Shown one piece after another: positions 39,903-50,449 of a stretch of DNA of 64,000 bases; position 1 is the stretch's first letter, and each line of letters opens with the position of its first letter. The notes beneath the pieces were generated by a model. The model was not told the DNA's origin. It did not search any database and saw only the letters and a program-made list of their open reading frames with translations. The stretch lies in the sequence record LC727698.1; one strand, given 5' to 3'. A program made the position numbers and the translations under genes.

Positions 39903-40146
39903 TGATATAAATTATATATTACTAATTAGTAACCAGTCTAAATATATTTCGTTGAAGGCACTTGGATTAACTGTAAAAACACGTGAACCAAGGTTAACTC
40001 ATTATATTATATTTTAAATATGAACGAAGAATATGATATATTATATTTGTCTAACAATACTATGCAAATAACATTTCGTTTTTCAGTATATTGTTTTTAT
40101 GATAAAACTCGTAGTATTATATATTGTCAATAAGACAGAAATATAA

Positions 40147-40461
40147 ATGGATTTAATATTAACACTTCAGCATAAAACTGTGCTAATATCACAGTTTAGT
40201 GCATTATTTGTATTTCAAAATATAAACAGTGATACTATATTTTGTTTGGATATAAGTAGACATGTATATTATTTCGAAATAATATTCAGGTTATATAATA
40301 ATAAGAATGGCATGGTGTATTTGCAACATGCCATTAATTCTATTAAGTTTACCTTTAGTTTACAATATCATACAATTCGTGGATATTCTAGTATACCATC
40401 TATATATATGTATGATAAAAAATATGCTATTGTACACGTACCATATGTTAGGAATATTTAA
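40147..40461 (+). CDS. Small paralog-array protein (canonical)
   Basis: MDLILTLQHKTVLI and MVYLQHAINSI. Confidence 0.7.
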   Translation: MDLILTLQHKTVLISQFSALFVFQNINSDTIFCLDISRHVYYFEIIFRLYNNKNGMVYLQHAINSIKFTFSLQYHTIRGYSSIPSIYMYDKKYAIVHVPYVRNI

Positions 40462-40760
40462 TGGATCTTATATTATACATTCAGTACAGTGCTCATAGAA
40501 TAGAAACTGTTTATAAATCATATCTATTATATAATAAACATTCGCTTTATTACAGACTGTCTGTATATAAGAGATTATTAATACCATCAGGTAGTAAATC
40601 ATATGCAAGGGCTTCGGCTGAATATTCTGCTATTACAGACAAAATAGGAATTATACACTTACAATCGAAAACACACGCAATATTATTTGTTATGGATGGT
40701 TGTATGTGCATTCACGACAAATCGTATCAAACACTCCATTATATTATACCAAAGTCATAA
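40461..40760 (+). CDS. Small paralog-array protein (canonical)
   Basis: MDLILYIQYSAHRI and IIHLQSKTHAI. Confidence 0.7.
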   Translation: MDLILYIQYSAHRIETVYKSYLLYNKHSLYYRLSVYKRLLIPSGSKSYARASAEYSAITDKIGIIHLQSKTHAILFVMDGCMCIHDKSYQTLHYIIPKS

Positions 40761-42131
40761 TGTTCATAAGTTTTATTCCGCCTGTTGCAATGTTGATACG
40801 ACTACAATCAAATCTACATATTATCTGTTTTGATTCTATTTATGATAGTATAGTGTTTTGTGATAAAGACTACGACGAAATACATTGCTGCTTATGGTAG
40901 CGTGTTTGCATTTAACGCAAAAACATGTTATACAGTATTGTTTGTTGAGTATTTTGACATTGTTGTTTCTAAAAATCTTTTATATAAAGGATTAATATGC
41001 ATAATATATTTAAATTATCATATTGTACAAATATGTTTAAATTTAAAATATTATGGGATCAAAAAGTATACCTATGCTCGTTTATGTCATTGCGGTATAC
41101 TACCCTATATATTTCTGCAGGTCGTATCAGATAAATGGTAACAAATATATTAGAATTAATGTATGTATGTCACCATACATATAATATAACAACTGACAGC
41201 TACTATAACATTTTCTTCTTAAATAAAAATAATAAAATTATCTTTGTTGTGTATTAAAACAAATGGGAATATTTCTCTTATCACGCAATACTTGCTATAT
41301 TTGTGTTATACATGTCAGACGTATTGTATACAAGATTAAGATGTATGACAGACACGGCAATTATGTGTTTACAATTAATGTTATCTAAGAACATATTAAA
41401 TTATATAGAATTTGGTTGTATGTAATACAGTTTAATAATGGCAACAGATATTGATAAAATAACATACATTTCATTTAACTCATGCTATATATCAGTTAAT
41501 CGTTTTAGTGTTATTATATATTATGAGTACGGTAGATTGATTTTATATGATGATACCCCCGGGCTTATATAAGAACGTATTCTACATACAGTATAATGTG
41601 CGTCATATAAGCATATATTATTTTGATGCATGCGAATGTAATATATTACAGGTAGAATGCAATAATTTTCTTACTCTAACATATAAATTAAATGAAAAAA
41701 CCAATAAGTAATATAGTTGAATTATCGCTTAATACGCACCGGTTTAATACCAATTATATAACTAGTGCTCATTGTTTAGTATTTTATAATGCGTCGTCAT
41801 ATCCTATACATTATGTTCGTTTACACACAAACAAGCGTTAACACTTATGTCGCCGGTATCAATTCATAATATAGTTTGTATTCAACACTATCTTAATAGA
41901 TGGTATACTAGAATATCCCCAACAGGGATTAATGTGTATTCAGATTCATATGTTAGAATTAGAATAAATGTTCATAAATAAAAATATTATAAATCACGAT
42001 ATACATTATGATATGTTGCAGGTATCTTCGTGCGCACATACAATAGATTCATCGCTATGTAGTACATATCTATTGGCATGCATTTATAATAGTAATGAAA
42101 AAATTATTATAATTAGTGTTGCATATCTAAG

Positions 42132-42290
42132 ATGAATGGTATAAAAGATATAATAGAATTTTCATCGCATGCATACGAAATATGTGCAAATACAGCAAGA
42201 CTTAGAGATATAGTATACTACTCGATACTCATAAAGGCAAAAGACGGTCTTGCATTTTATATGGTAGACTCGTTTGCATATATAACATGA
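42132..42290 (+). CDS. Single-unit array member (52 aa)
   Basis: MNGIKDIIEFSSHAYEI (hand translation). Confidence 0.4.
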   Translation: MNGIKDIIEFSSHAYEICANTARLRDIVYYSILIKAKDGLAFYMVDSFAYIT

Positions 42291-43546
42291 CCAGTATCCT
42301 TGAATGTTCTTACAATACTTCTAATATTATGTTTCGTTTTTGTAAAAACATTAACCTTTTAGTTGTGAACTTTCTAAACAAAAATGCTAACATACATTTC
42401 ATTGTAATAGTTATATACAATTACTAATACATAGGAGAGTAATAAATGAATAGAGCAGCAAAGAAAAATGTTTCTATATTTGTTATTCAGAATCATACTT
42501 TTAGAGTTCATGTTGTGCGATATGATTCTGCGAGAATTTCAATATATCTCTCACTTGTACATAATTGCGTTGCATCTTAAGAACTATATCTGCATAATGT
42601 AGGTTACATTTGCATGTATAGGATTATCTTTCATATAATATATGCTTATTAACTATACGACATGTATTGAATTACTTTATAGTATTGTATGATTCGTAAA
42701 AATATAGTTCTAATATCACACAACACGTCAAAAATAATATTAGAAAGAAGAACAAGTAAAGTATTACGTGTTTCTATGTTTAAATCAATCGGAAAATACT
42801 ACTACCATTATTATACGGCGTGTGGAAATATATAATGCAAGATCATCATTTCACTACACTGTTGTATATGTCTAATCGTGCAGATAGAATAAAGATTTTC
42901 CGACAGCCTTCCTGTCTTATTGTATATATTAAGTCAGGTATGTTATATATTAATAAACAATTCTTAAAATGTTAGAATATATAGATACTCTCAAATATAA
43001 TTACATTTTAACTGTATGCAGCGGTGTAGAGTCTATATCATTTGAATCATTTACTAGATCAGTAATATCAGTTTCCATAATATATAATAATATTACTATC
43101 TTTCCGTACCAAACTACACGAACTATACTGTATGGTGTATAATCTTATTTTTATTTCTTTTAATGTTTCTTTAATTAGTTTTTCTATTTTTAATAAAACA
43201 TTTGAAGTTTATATTTATGGAAAAATGTTATTGGTAATTTATTATACAGGACTGCATATATGTTAGATATATTGCTACGGTTCCAACGCAGAGTGGATAC
43301 AATTAAGGTGGAGTTAATATGGCGTCACTTGCATTTTTATGAAAAAGCCGGCGAGGAGTTAGAGTTATTTCATATTATATTTCTGCCGCCCGATCACCGA
43401 AGTATTAATTAACAAAAACAAGTTGTATTTTTCGGCATAAAAATTTATGAATAAAGATACAAACAAAGAATCACCTATTATTAAAGAATTATATTTTATA
43501 TTAAGATTGTAAGTAAAATAAAATACTTTTAGAATCTAAAACTAAA

Positions 43547-43696
43547 ATGATCGATTGGGTATTTAAATTGTCTGCTAGTTGCTACGAAATAGACGGACAA
43601 CACAGTGAGTCAATAAGAATATATAATTCATATTGTCTTTTAGGAACTATACAATGTTATTGTGCTCAGTTAAAAATAAATTTATATAAATTTTAA
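43547..43696 (+). CDS. Single-unit array member (49 aa)
   Basis: MIDWVFKLSASCYEI (hand translation). Confidence 0.45.
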   Translation: MIDWVFKLSASCYEIDGQHSESIRIYNSYCLLGTIQCYCAQLKINLYKF

Positions 43697-44024
43697 TATT
43701 GTGGGAAGAATTCTTTTAAATAGGCATACACTATATGAATGATCTATTACAATACCAACTCACATTATGTTCCATATCTTTGCAGAAAGCTCGTTTTAAG
43801 TCAGGCAATGTGTATTACATTCTAATTGAACGTAACGACAGCGGTAGGTATTCCCGAGATGTAAAAATACTTAAATGATATGCGTATATTTGTAATATCA
43901 CAAAATTGCATGACTATCAGACTTTTTTATCATACATATTTCATTAAAGATGTAAATTATGATTCAATTTGTGTATTATATAAAACGAATAGCAGAATTG
44001 TAATACATCCGAGTTTTACAGTAG

Positions 44025-44222
44025 ATGAATATATTCGATCTGTCTTATAATTCTTCATCTATTTTGATGAAATCGAATAGAATATACATTAGTAATGATA
44101 CCTATTATAATTATTCTGTAGGCGCTACATATGTATTACCTGCAATAACAAAATATATACATCAAACATTCTATGTAAACGCTGCAATATATAGATTTTT
44201 AGATACAGGTATACTAGTATGA
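44025..44222 (+). CDS. Array-like small protein
   Basis: MNIFDLSYNSSSI. Confidence 0.45.
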   Translation: MNIFDLSYNSSSILMKSNRIYISNDTYYNYSVGATYVLPAITKYIHQTFYVNAAIYRFLDTGILV

Positions 44223-44407
44223 AATTCAATATATTTAAATTGCAAAGAGGATGTCACTTTATAGATTGTCATTTTTATGACATTCTTAGATTTTCAAAAC
44301 CTACATATTTTCGAGATGCTGATAGAATAACTATATTTTCATTAATAGGTACTAATAGTATCAGAATTTACGAGGATATGTATAAAGGATATGCACAAAC
44401 CATATGA
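44219..44407 (+). CDS. Array-like small protein
   Basis: MKFNIFKLQRGCHFI. Confidence 0.5.
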   Translation: MKFNIFKLQRGCHFIDCHFYDILRFSKPTYFRDADRITIFSLIGTNSIRIYEDMYKGYAQTI

Positions 44408-44688
44408 TTGAAATATTAATATTTTCGAGTGCTAGTGATTATATTAGTATAAGACATGATATGGCACGGCTATATAATCTTAATGGTGTTAGTGAATTAA
44501 TATTTGTATCAAAACCATACAAATATATTATATTAACTAATTTAAAAAATCATATAGGTATATTCTGTATTTCAAATATAATAAGTGAAAGGGTGATGGG
44601 AGATATTACTAGTAACGAATGTTGGGCTTATCCTTGGCCTCCAGATACTGGCATAGATGTATATATTGATTTCCTGTATAAAAATTGA
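44404..44688 (+). CDS. Array-like small protein
   Basis: MIEILIFSSASDYI and IFCISNIISE. Confidence 0.5.
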   Translation: MIEILIFSSASDYISIRHDMARLYNLNGVSELIFVSKPYKYIILTNLKNHIGIFCISNIISERVMGDITSNECWAYPWPPDTGIDVYIDFLYKN

Positions 44689-44754
44689 TGAGCTTTCTAC
44701 TAAACACACAATATAACCATAGACAAATAAGTGCATTATGCTAATATATACATG

Positions 44755-45190
44755 CTTACTAAACAGTTACTTGTTAAGTAAGTTAAAAAGTCTGTAACAG
44801 TGATGTTACAGGATACACAGGCAAATACGGTTGGAAGATGCTGTGTAAAGAACAAATATCCAGCTCATTCCTAGGCATTATAGCCTACACATTATATTTG
44901 AATGGGCATAAAAACTTCCAAAGAACCTTCGAAATTTTCTCATAGGATAGTGTATTAGAAGGAATGCACTATCAGGAAGCTGTAGGTGATGGTTGCTATC
45001 CCAGACAGTCCTTTCTAAAATACTTTAATATGATATAAAGTTCTATGCAACCGTATACATGCTGTAAGATATTAGATTACACCATGTATTAAACGTAAAA
45101 GCAAAACCTTCAGTTAGTAATCTCGCAGTGAAGGGGGTAGGTGAGTGCTACCCAAACTCAACAAACAACTAATGGTCTAGAAAAGGTATA
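44755..45190 (+). ncRNA. Long ORF-free structured leader / ncRNA candidate
   Basis: Follows TAGACA-N16-TAATAT (44720-44747); several hairpins such as CTGTAACA-GTGA-TGTTACAG and GATAGTGTATT-AGAAGG-AATGCACTATC. Confidence 0.4.
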
Positions 45191-45196
45191 GTATAC

Positions 45197-45604
45197 ATGC
45201 AACATACTCACATTCGTTTCTACAACGAAGAAACTCAACAGATCGATAACCGCCGTGGCGCTACTGTTGCCTGGGAAACCGCCGGCAACAAGATCCGTAT
45301 TTCCGTAGCAGCATGTTCGGAAATGGATAACTTCAACCGCAAGACCGGACGTGAACATGCTGCTAGCCGACTCGAAAGTGGCGACTACATCGAGTTTAAC
45401 GGCACCGAACTTCTTAATGCACAGATGTCTTCTGTAAGTCATGTGCAGTCTGAAGGTCTCGTTCGTGCTATGTGCTTCTTGCTAGCACAAGGCAAAGGCG
45501 ATCTATATTACCCGGCAAGCGAAGGTCAGCTTCGCAGCGAAGCCGAGTGCAATAGCTACAACGCCCTCGAGTACCTGAAACACCAGATGGGCATTCATCA
45601 GTAA
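45197..45604 (+). CDS. Hypothetical protein, host-type codon usage
   Basis: GATVAW...SVAACSEMDNFNRKTGREHAASRL; GC-rich codons. Confidence 0.8.
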   Translation: MQHTHIRFYNEETQQIDNRRGATVAWETAGNKIRISVAACSEMDNFNRKTGREHAASRLESGDYIEFNGTELLNAQMSSVSHVQSEGLVRAMCFLLAQGKGDLYYPASEGQLRSEAECNSYNALEYLKHQMGIHQ

Positions 45605-45617
45605 GTATTCGGCCATT

Positions 45618-45660
45618 CGGAATTGCGATTTAGGTTTTGGAATTCTAAATCGCAATTCCG
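45618..45660. terminator. Long perfect hairpin after gene
   Basis: CGGAATTGCGATTTAG-N11-CTAAATCGCAATTCCG (16 bp). Confidence 0.65.
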
Positions 45661-45845
45661 GTTTCCAAATTCAATTTTAGGCACAAACTCGGATCCGCAT
45701 TTGCATTTTGCATTTACATTTTGTGTTCTGAGTGTATATGCAAAATGCAATCGCGCATGTTGTCGATGCATTGGCTAATCTTTTATTTTTGATAGTTTAG
45801 AAAAGATTAAGAACAGAAACTATCTGTAAATTAATAAAAATAACA

Positions 45846-45874
45846 TTTACATTACATACACATATGCATATACT
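45846..45874 (+). promoter_or_regulatory. Sigma70 promoter with no ORF downstream
   Basis: TTTACA-N17-TATACT. Confidence 0.7.
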
Positions 45875-45880
45875 ATATAC

Positions 45881-46158
45881 AAGTTATGCGCTGTTGCATA
45901 CGTAAATACCTCCTATGTTGTTTAGATATGTCGATTCTGGTATAACCAGATAGACCTAAGGATGATGCTAGTGATTCCTTAGTATTGTATATTCTAGCTG
46001 AGTATAAAGAGTAAGGGGCTTTATACAAATAACAATTCCCTAGGCAAGATATACCGCTCCGTTGTGCTGACGAGCATAATTTGCCCAGATACAGAGCACG
46101 TGACTGGTCTGAGGAGCATTTATATCAGAAAGGCAGACTTATGTTTGCCTTTCTTTTT
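45881..46158 (+). ncRNA. ~280-nt sRNA candidate
   Basis: Bounded by promoter 45846-45874 and terminator AGAAAGGCAGAC-TTAT-GTTTGCCTTTCT-TTTT (46127-46158); internal hairpins; CCTCCT near the 5' end. Confidence 0.55.
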
Positions 46159-46177
46159 GAGCAGATATTCTCTTATT

Positions 46178-46261
46178 CACTTCCTTATTCATTTCTTTAT
46201 TCATCTCTATTTCGTTTGTCACTTCCTTATTCATTTCTTTATTCATCTCTATTTCATTTGT
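46178..46261. repeat. 42-bp pyrimidine-rich tandem repeat (2 copies)
   Basis: CACTTCCTTATTCATTTCTTTATTCATCTCTATTTC(G/A)TTTGT at 46178 and 46220. Confidence 0.9.
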
Positions 46262-46383
46262 TATTGCAAATAAGACTAATTCTTATTTGCGTTTGTAATT
46301 TCATTTGTTATTGCAAATAAGACTAATTCGTATTTGCATTTGCAACGAAAAAGAATATGCAAATAATAACTAATCTTATTTGC
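46251..46383. promoter_or_regulatory. Cluster of three Fur-box-like 19-bp operators (47-bp tandem duplication)
   Basis: GCA-AATAAGACT-A-ATTCTTATT-TGC at 46266-46290, a near-identical copy 47 nt later, and GCA-AATAATAAC-T-AATCTTATT-TGC at 46359-46383. Confidence 0.55.
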
Positions 46384-46546
46384 ATTTGCACTGCCTATTA
46401 TATGGATTGGTAGCATACTTGGAAATGGATAGTAAATAAGTAGTTGATTTGTTTATAAATTTTAATTCTATATCGTACTGATTGACCTTGCTATATATAG
46501 CTCGCGCGCGTATACAAGATGGTAAAAAATAATTTAAAAATATTTT

Positions 46547-46679
46547 AAAAAATGCTTGACTTTCCATTACTACGACCTTAAAGTGCGAACTGTAGACGCA
46601 GTGTGTAGAGCGCTACATAGTAAGCAACGCAGAAAGTAAACAAAAAATGCTTGACGCAATGCAAACTAGGCTCTACACT
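46547..46679 (+). promoter_or_regulatory. Two tandem sigma70 promoters with shared AAAAAATGC-TTGAC upstream element
   Basis: TTGACT-N17-TAAAGT (46556-46584) and TTGACG-N17-TACACT (46651-46679). Confidence 0.75.
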
Positions 46680-46762
46680 GTATACAAGCTTAAGGGGTAG
46701 GTGCCCCGAAAGTGTAGTAAGTAAACAACATAATCCTTCCATCAGCTACAGAGGTATACAAC

Positions 46763-47467
46763 ATGTCCGTACATATCACTCGTCAACGTACCGACAAACA
46801 ACACGTCCTGGCACTGGCAATCAACGGTGTGGTCATCGGCCAGACTATGGCTACCTACACCACCCCGAGCAAGCGCACCTGGTCGGCGACCGCCGAAGTC
46901 GAACTGGCAGACGGCACCGTCGTACAGTTCGAGCAGAAGGAAGTGTTCAGCGCGATCCGCATTACCCGCGAAATCGAGCAGGCGCTCGACGGCAAGGAAC
47001 TGGCGGCCAAGTACACCCCGGAACCGAAAGTTCCCGGGCAGAAGGGTCCGAAACCGCTCACCGACGAAAGCCGACTCAGCAACGCGATCGCGATCGTCAA
47101 AGCGGCCATCACCCACACCGGCTTCGACGAAGCTACCCTGGTGTTCGACGGGGTCGACAAGGCCAACTTCGAGCAGAACAGCACTTCCGTCGGCAACAAG
47201 CTGCGCCGCCTGGGCTTCGTCTTCGAACTCGGCGCCGGCAAGGCGAACAGCGGCAAGGGCTTCCTGATCAACCGCAAAGCGCAGGCCGAGGCAGAAGCTG
47301 CCGAACGCAAGGCCAAGCGCGATGCCGAGAAGAAGGAACGCGAAGAAAAAGCGGCGGCTGCCAAGCGCGAAGCTGACGAACGTAAGGCCAAGCGCGAAGC
47401 CGAGCGCGCCGAAAAGGTCGCTGAAAAGAACGCAGCGATCGCCGGGGCGGCACAGGAAAGCAAGTAA
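46763..47467 (+). CDS. Early host-codon-optimised protein with A/E/K/R-rich helical C-terminal tail
   Basis: GAGG RBS, about 60% GC, tandem promoters and terminator. Confidence 0.9.
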   Translation: MSVHITRQRTDKQHVLALAINGVVIGQTMATYTTPSKRTWSATAEVELADGTVVQFEQKEVFSAIRITREIEQALDGKELAAKYTPEPKVPGQKGPKPLTDESRLSNAIAIVKAAITHTGFDEATLVFDGVDKANFEQNSTSVGNKLRRLGFVFELGAGKANSGKGFLINRKAQAEAEAAERKAKRDAEKKEREEKAAAAKREADERKAKREAERAEKVAEKNAAIAGAAQESK

Positions 47468-47482
47468 TTGCCCAACTGCGCC

Positions 47483-47509
47483 GAAAGGGGAGCAATTTGC
47501 TCCCCTTTC
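47483..47509 (+). terminator. Terminator
   Basis: GAAAGGGGAGCA-ATT-TGCTCCCCTTTC. Confidence 0.85.
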
Positions 47510-48238
47510 TTCATGACCATATAATCTATATACTACTGTGTCTTTAACTATATTTTCTATATCAGCTAGTTTGTATGCAATAACTTGGTATTCTATGCCA
47601 GCGACACAATGTTGTTATATAGACATAATAACACGCGACGCTGATATTTTTATAACCTATCCATTTTATAATAACATACTTGTATCTAAAATTATTTCTA
47701 ATACAATACCTGTAGGAAGTTATGAACACTATATTAGAGATATGTCGTGGAATAAGAAATGATTATATAACAGTCAATAATTTTACATATGACTACTATC
47801 TAGAGGTAAACACACCTGCGTTTTCTTTAATGATAATTATTCCGACAGTTCCTATATTAGACAATACTTGCATTACTTTTATAAAAAAGTATTAATATGA
47901 ATATATTCTTTATATCAAACAGTCTATCTAATATACTATATCATAAAGCTTATGATATACATATGATAGATATTAAGATTAATAATTCTGCTTCTATTTG
48001 GCTTACATATTCTTTCAATATTACTAAGGTATCATTTAAATATATTATCTAATTCATTTTCTTATTGTATGAGTTGCAATTGCAAATTACTCTTATTTGT
48101 AATTACATATAAACAATCAGTTGCTATTAAAAGTATTTGCTGTTAATATATTATATAACAGTGCAATTGATATTTTAAAATACAGTGTGCAATACATCTT
48201 ACATGTATTAAAATTTGTGTGTTACTTAGTTTGCATTA

Positions 48239-48442
48239 ATGATTAATATACCTCTCTTACAGTACAAAACTAATACTATAGACAATTTGTTCGGGCGACG
48301 GTTCTCAAAATGTATACAAGTGCGAGATGACAATCTAATTATACTTGTTAGTTTCTATATAGAAGGTTCTAAATATAGAAAATTTGTACATAACAAAGAA
48401 TACCTCGAAGGGATTTCAGCATATGCAAACAACAATCGTTAA
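48239..48442 (+). CDS. Array-like small protein
   Basis: MINIPLLQYKTNTI. Confidence 0.4.
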   Translation: MINIPLLQYKTNTIDNLFGRRFSKCIQVRDDNLIILVSFYIEGSKYRKFVHNKEYLEGISAYANNNR

Positions 48443-48689
48443 TGCCCTAAAATCTATTAATGTAAAGTATTCGGATATATTTTACACAAATGGTAATTTG
48501 TGTAATACCGTTACAATACGAAATATTCGCAAAAATGGTAAATTAGATTCGGCAGAACAAATTAATGTAGAATCAGTTGTGAGCAATTATTTGATTCAAA
48601 AAGATTTAAATTTGCCCTTTTCTATTCAGTGGGCAAATAATGATTGTTGCGAAGAGTATACTACACTTATTCTCTTCTTCAGAAAATAG
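48384..48689 (+). CDS. Hypothetical protein
   Basis: Likely start MQTTIV at 48423. Confidence 0.55.
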   Translation: MYITKNTSKGFQHMQTTIVNALKSINVKYSDIFYTNGNLCNTVTIRNIRKNGKLDSAEQINVESVVSNYLIQKDLNLPFSIQWANNDCCEEYTTLILFFRK

Positions 48690-48947
48690 TGTATGATTGT
48701 ATTAAAAAGATATATTCGTTTGCATAGCATATACAGATTGTCTTACTATGCGCACGGCATACATTTTAGCAAAACAAAGAAGATAATGCTTTACGTAGGA
48801 AACGCAGGTCCCGTACCCGTAACATGACAGTATATAGCGTTAAAATGTGCATTTTTTGCACGATTTTGCGGGGTATGCGTTACAAGCAATACACACATAC
48901 TGCTTTTAAAATGCATGCTTACATGCGCTTTGTAGGGGGTTTAAAAC

Positions 48948-49160
48948 ATGCTTAAATTAGTTACCACTGTGCTATACAACGTCTGTGTAGCTTCGTTGAT
49001 AATGATTGTGTTTATATGTGGTATAAATTTAGTAATGTATATAGATAACAATACTGCCAATAATCCAGTTGTTATCTTTATTTCCCTTCTATCGGTTATT
49101 TGGGGCGTTGCGCGGTTAAGCTATATGTTTGTTACTATCCAATTTCAGTCCAAGAAATAA
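48948..49160 (+). CDS. Small membrane protein (2 TM)
   Basis: GGGG RBS; two hydrophobic helices. Confidence 0.55.
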   Translation: MLKLVTTVLYNVCVASLIMIVFICGINLVMYIDNNTANNPVVIFISLLSVIWGVARLSYMFVTIQFQSKK

Positions 49161-49175
49161 AAGTATTGGTAACAT

Positions 49176-49517
49176 ATGATAGATAAAAACGGAAATACAG
49201 AAGACTTTGATTTTGATGATGCATGCACTATAACTGACCTGCCTGTTCCTCTTCAGCAAAAAATACAATCATATAAATTAAATAAAATATTGGTTATGGT
49301 TGCAATCCTTAAATATTCGAACATAAAACAAGAAATTGGATGTTTCGCTATCATATGGGATCATATAATAAAAATAACGGTTGAAGTAAAATGCAACCCG
49401 TATGCAGAAACACACATACTCATGCATGCGCATGTATTTTCTAATTCCGATTCATGTACTCATAGTGTATTGCTGAATTACAGAAACAAATATTTACCCA
49501 CTAATTATTATAATTAA
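49176..49517 (+). CDS. Hypothetical protein
   Basis: 113-aa ORF. Confidence 0.5.
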   Translation: MIDKNGNTEDFDFDDACTITDLPVPLQQKIQSYKLNKILVMVAILKYSNIKQEIGCFAIIWDHIIKITVEVKCNPYAETHILMHAHVFSNSDSCTHSVLLNYRNKYLPTNYYN

Positions 49518-49518
49518 T

Positions 49519-49923
49519 ATGGAAGATATTCTTAAAATTGCCAAACTAATCGGGTACGTAAACATACATGCAAATAAACATTTTCAGTATGGTTTTAACA
49601 AAGATATGGAACATGTATGTGTTAGTGCCAAGACTAGGACAAGTATGAACGGAATAAAATACCTTTATGTAGTAATGAATATATATTATATATATTGCCA
49701 GCAAGAAAGTGTTGCCGTTATATTAAACGAAGTAAACACTGATGAAATGCCTGTATTAGATAATCTTTATGCTAAACTTAATGATTTAGTTACACATAAA
49801 TCTATTATAAAATTTAAATATACAGAAATAACACAAGAACAAATAGATTTGTTGAATAATAGTGAAAGATATATAGTATATTTTGACTCTAATTTAGAAT
49901 ACGGAATAGCTTCGTTTTATTAA
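49519..49923 (+). CDS. Hypothetical protein
   Basis: 134-aa ORF. Confidence 0.5.
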   Translation: MEDILKIAKLIGYVNIHANKHFQYGFNKDMEHVCVSAKTRTSMNGIKYLYVVMNIYYIYCQQESVAVILNEVNTDEMPVLDNLYAKLNDLVTHKSIIKFKYTEITQEQIDLLNNSERYIVYFDSNLEYGIASFY

Positions 49924-49936
49924 TTTTGAGGAATAT

Positions 49937-50134
49937 ATGAAAAAACAAACAGGATTTACAGATTGGCCATTGATTAGTTTGGGTACAATTATTATCTTGT
50001 GTGTATGGGTATTAATTCTACAATACACAGAAATAAATGTACTAGAAGAAAAATGTAACAAAGTAGGTGGTATTTTTAATAACACCGTTTGCATACGGTC
50101 AGATGCAGTTATTAATTTAGATAAGGTAAAATAA
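49937..50134 (+). CDS. Small membrane-anchored protein
   Basis: GAGG RBS; KKQTGF N-terminus, TM helix, C-terminal Cys pair. Confidence 0.65.
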   Translation: MKKQTGFTDWPLISLGTIIILCVWVLILQYTEINVLEEKCNKVGGIFNNTVCIRSDAVINLDKVK

Positions 50135-50135
50135 A

Positions 50136-50393
50136 ATGCCAAAACTTTACGTTAACAAAAAACATGATACCATTTATCTTCAATTAGATCATTTCTCATC
50201 TAATACTGTATCTCCAATTAATTATAACGAAGATGTAGAATATGTAATTGATAGGATCCGTAGTCTGCACAAATCCAGCTTCGGATTTAGTCATATGAAT
50301 ACTCTACAAGAATATCTTACGGCAAGAACAGAACAGGATAAGAAGTTTAAGCTTAAAATAGAAGACTTTGAAGTAGTATCATTTAAGATTTAA
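50136..50393 (+). CDS. Hypothetical protein
   Basis: 85-aa ORF. Confidence 0.55.
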   Translation: MPKLYVNKKHDTIYLQLDHFSSNTVSPINYNEDVEYVIDRIRSLHKSSFGFSHMNTLQEYLTARTEQDKKFKLKIEDFEVVSFKI

Positions 50394-50414
50394 AATTATA
50401 CATAATCAAAGTAT

Positions 50415-50443
50415 TTGACATTTGATGTGTATACTAGTATAAT
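50415..50443 (+). promoter_or_regulatory. Perfect consensus sigma70 promoter
   Basis: TTGACA-N17-TATAAT followed by about 850 nt without an ORF of 60 aa or more. Confidence 0.9.
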
Positions 50444-50449
50444 TTGCTC

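Noticed and set aside
36110-40760. Diversity-generating retroelement (TR/VR pair)
   Set aside because: No near-identical nucleotide repeat pair differing at adenines and no reverse transcriptase in the window; the paralogs are anciently diverged.
41141-44025. Stop-codon reassignment explaining the ORF-poor region
   Set aside because: Short ORFs end in both TAA and TGA, genes elsewhere are intact under code 11, and no suppressor tRNA is present.
44800-45000. RsmY/RsmZ-like sponge as a firm call
   Set aside because: Five GGA motifs in about 440 nt is near chance expectation, and most are not in hairpin loops.
46064-46320. ORFs 46064-46273, 46081-46320 and 37618-37854
   Set aside because: Translations of tandem repeats and a terminator; no RBS.
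46651-47520. Overlapping long ORFs (46651-47376, 46827-47267, 46855-47520, 46742-47116)
   Set aside because: Shadows of the GC-rich gene 46763-47467; no RBS and low-complexity Arg/Ser/Ala composition.
49937-50134. Type IV pilin
   Set aside because: KKQTGF is followed by TDWP rather than TLIEL, so the conserved Glu+5 is missing.
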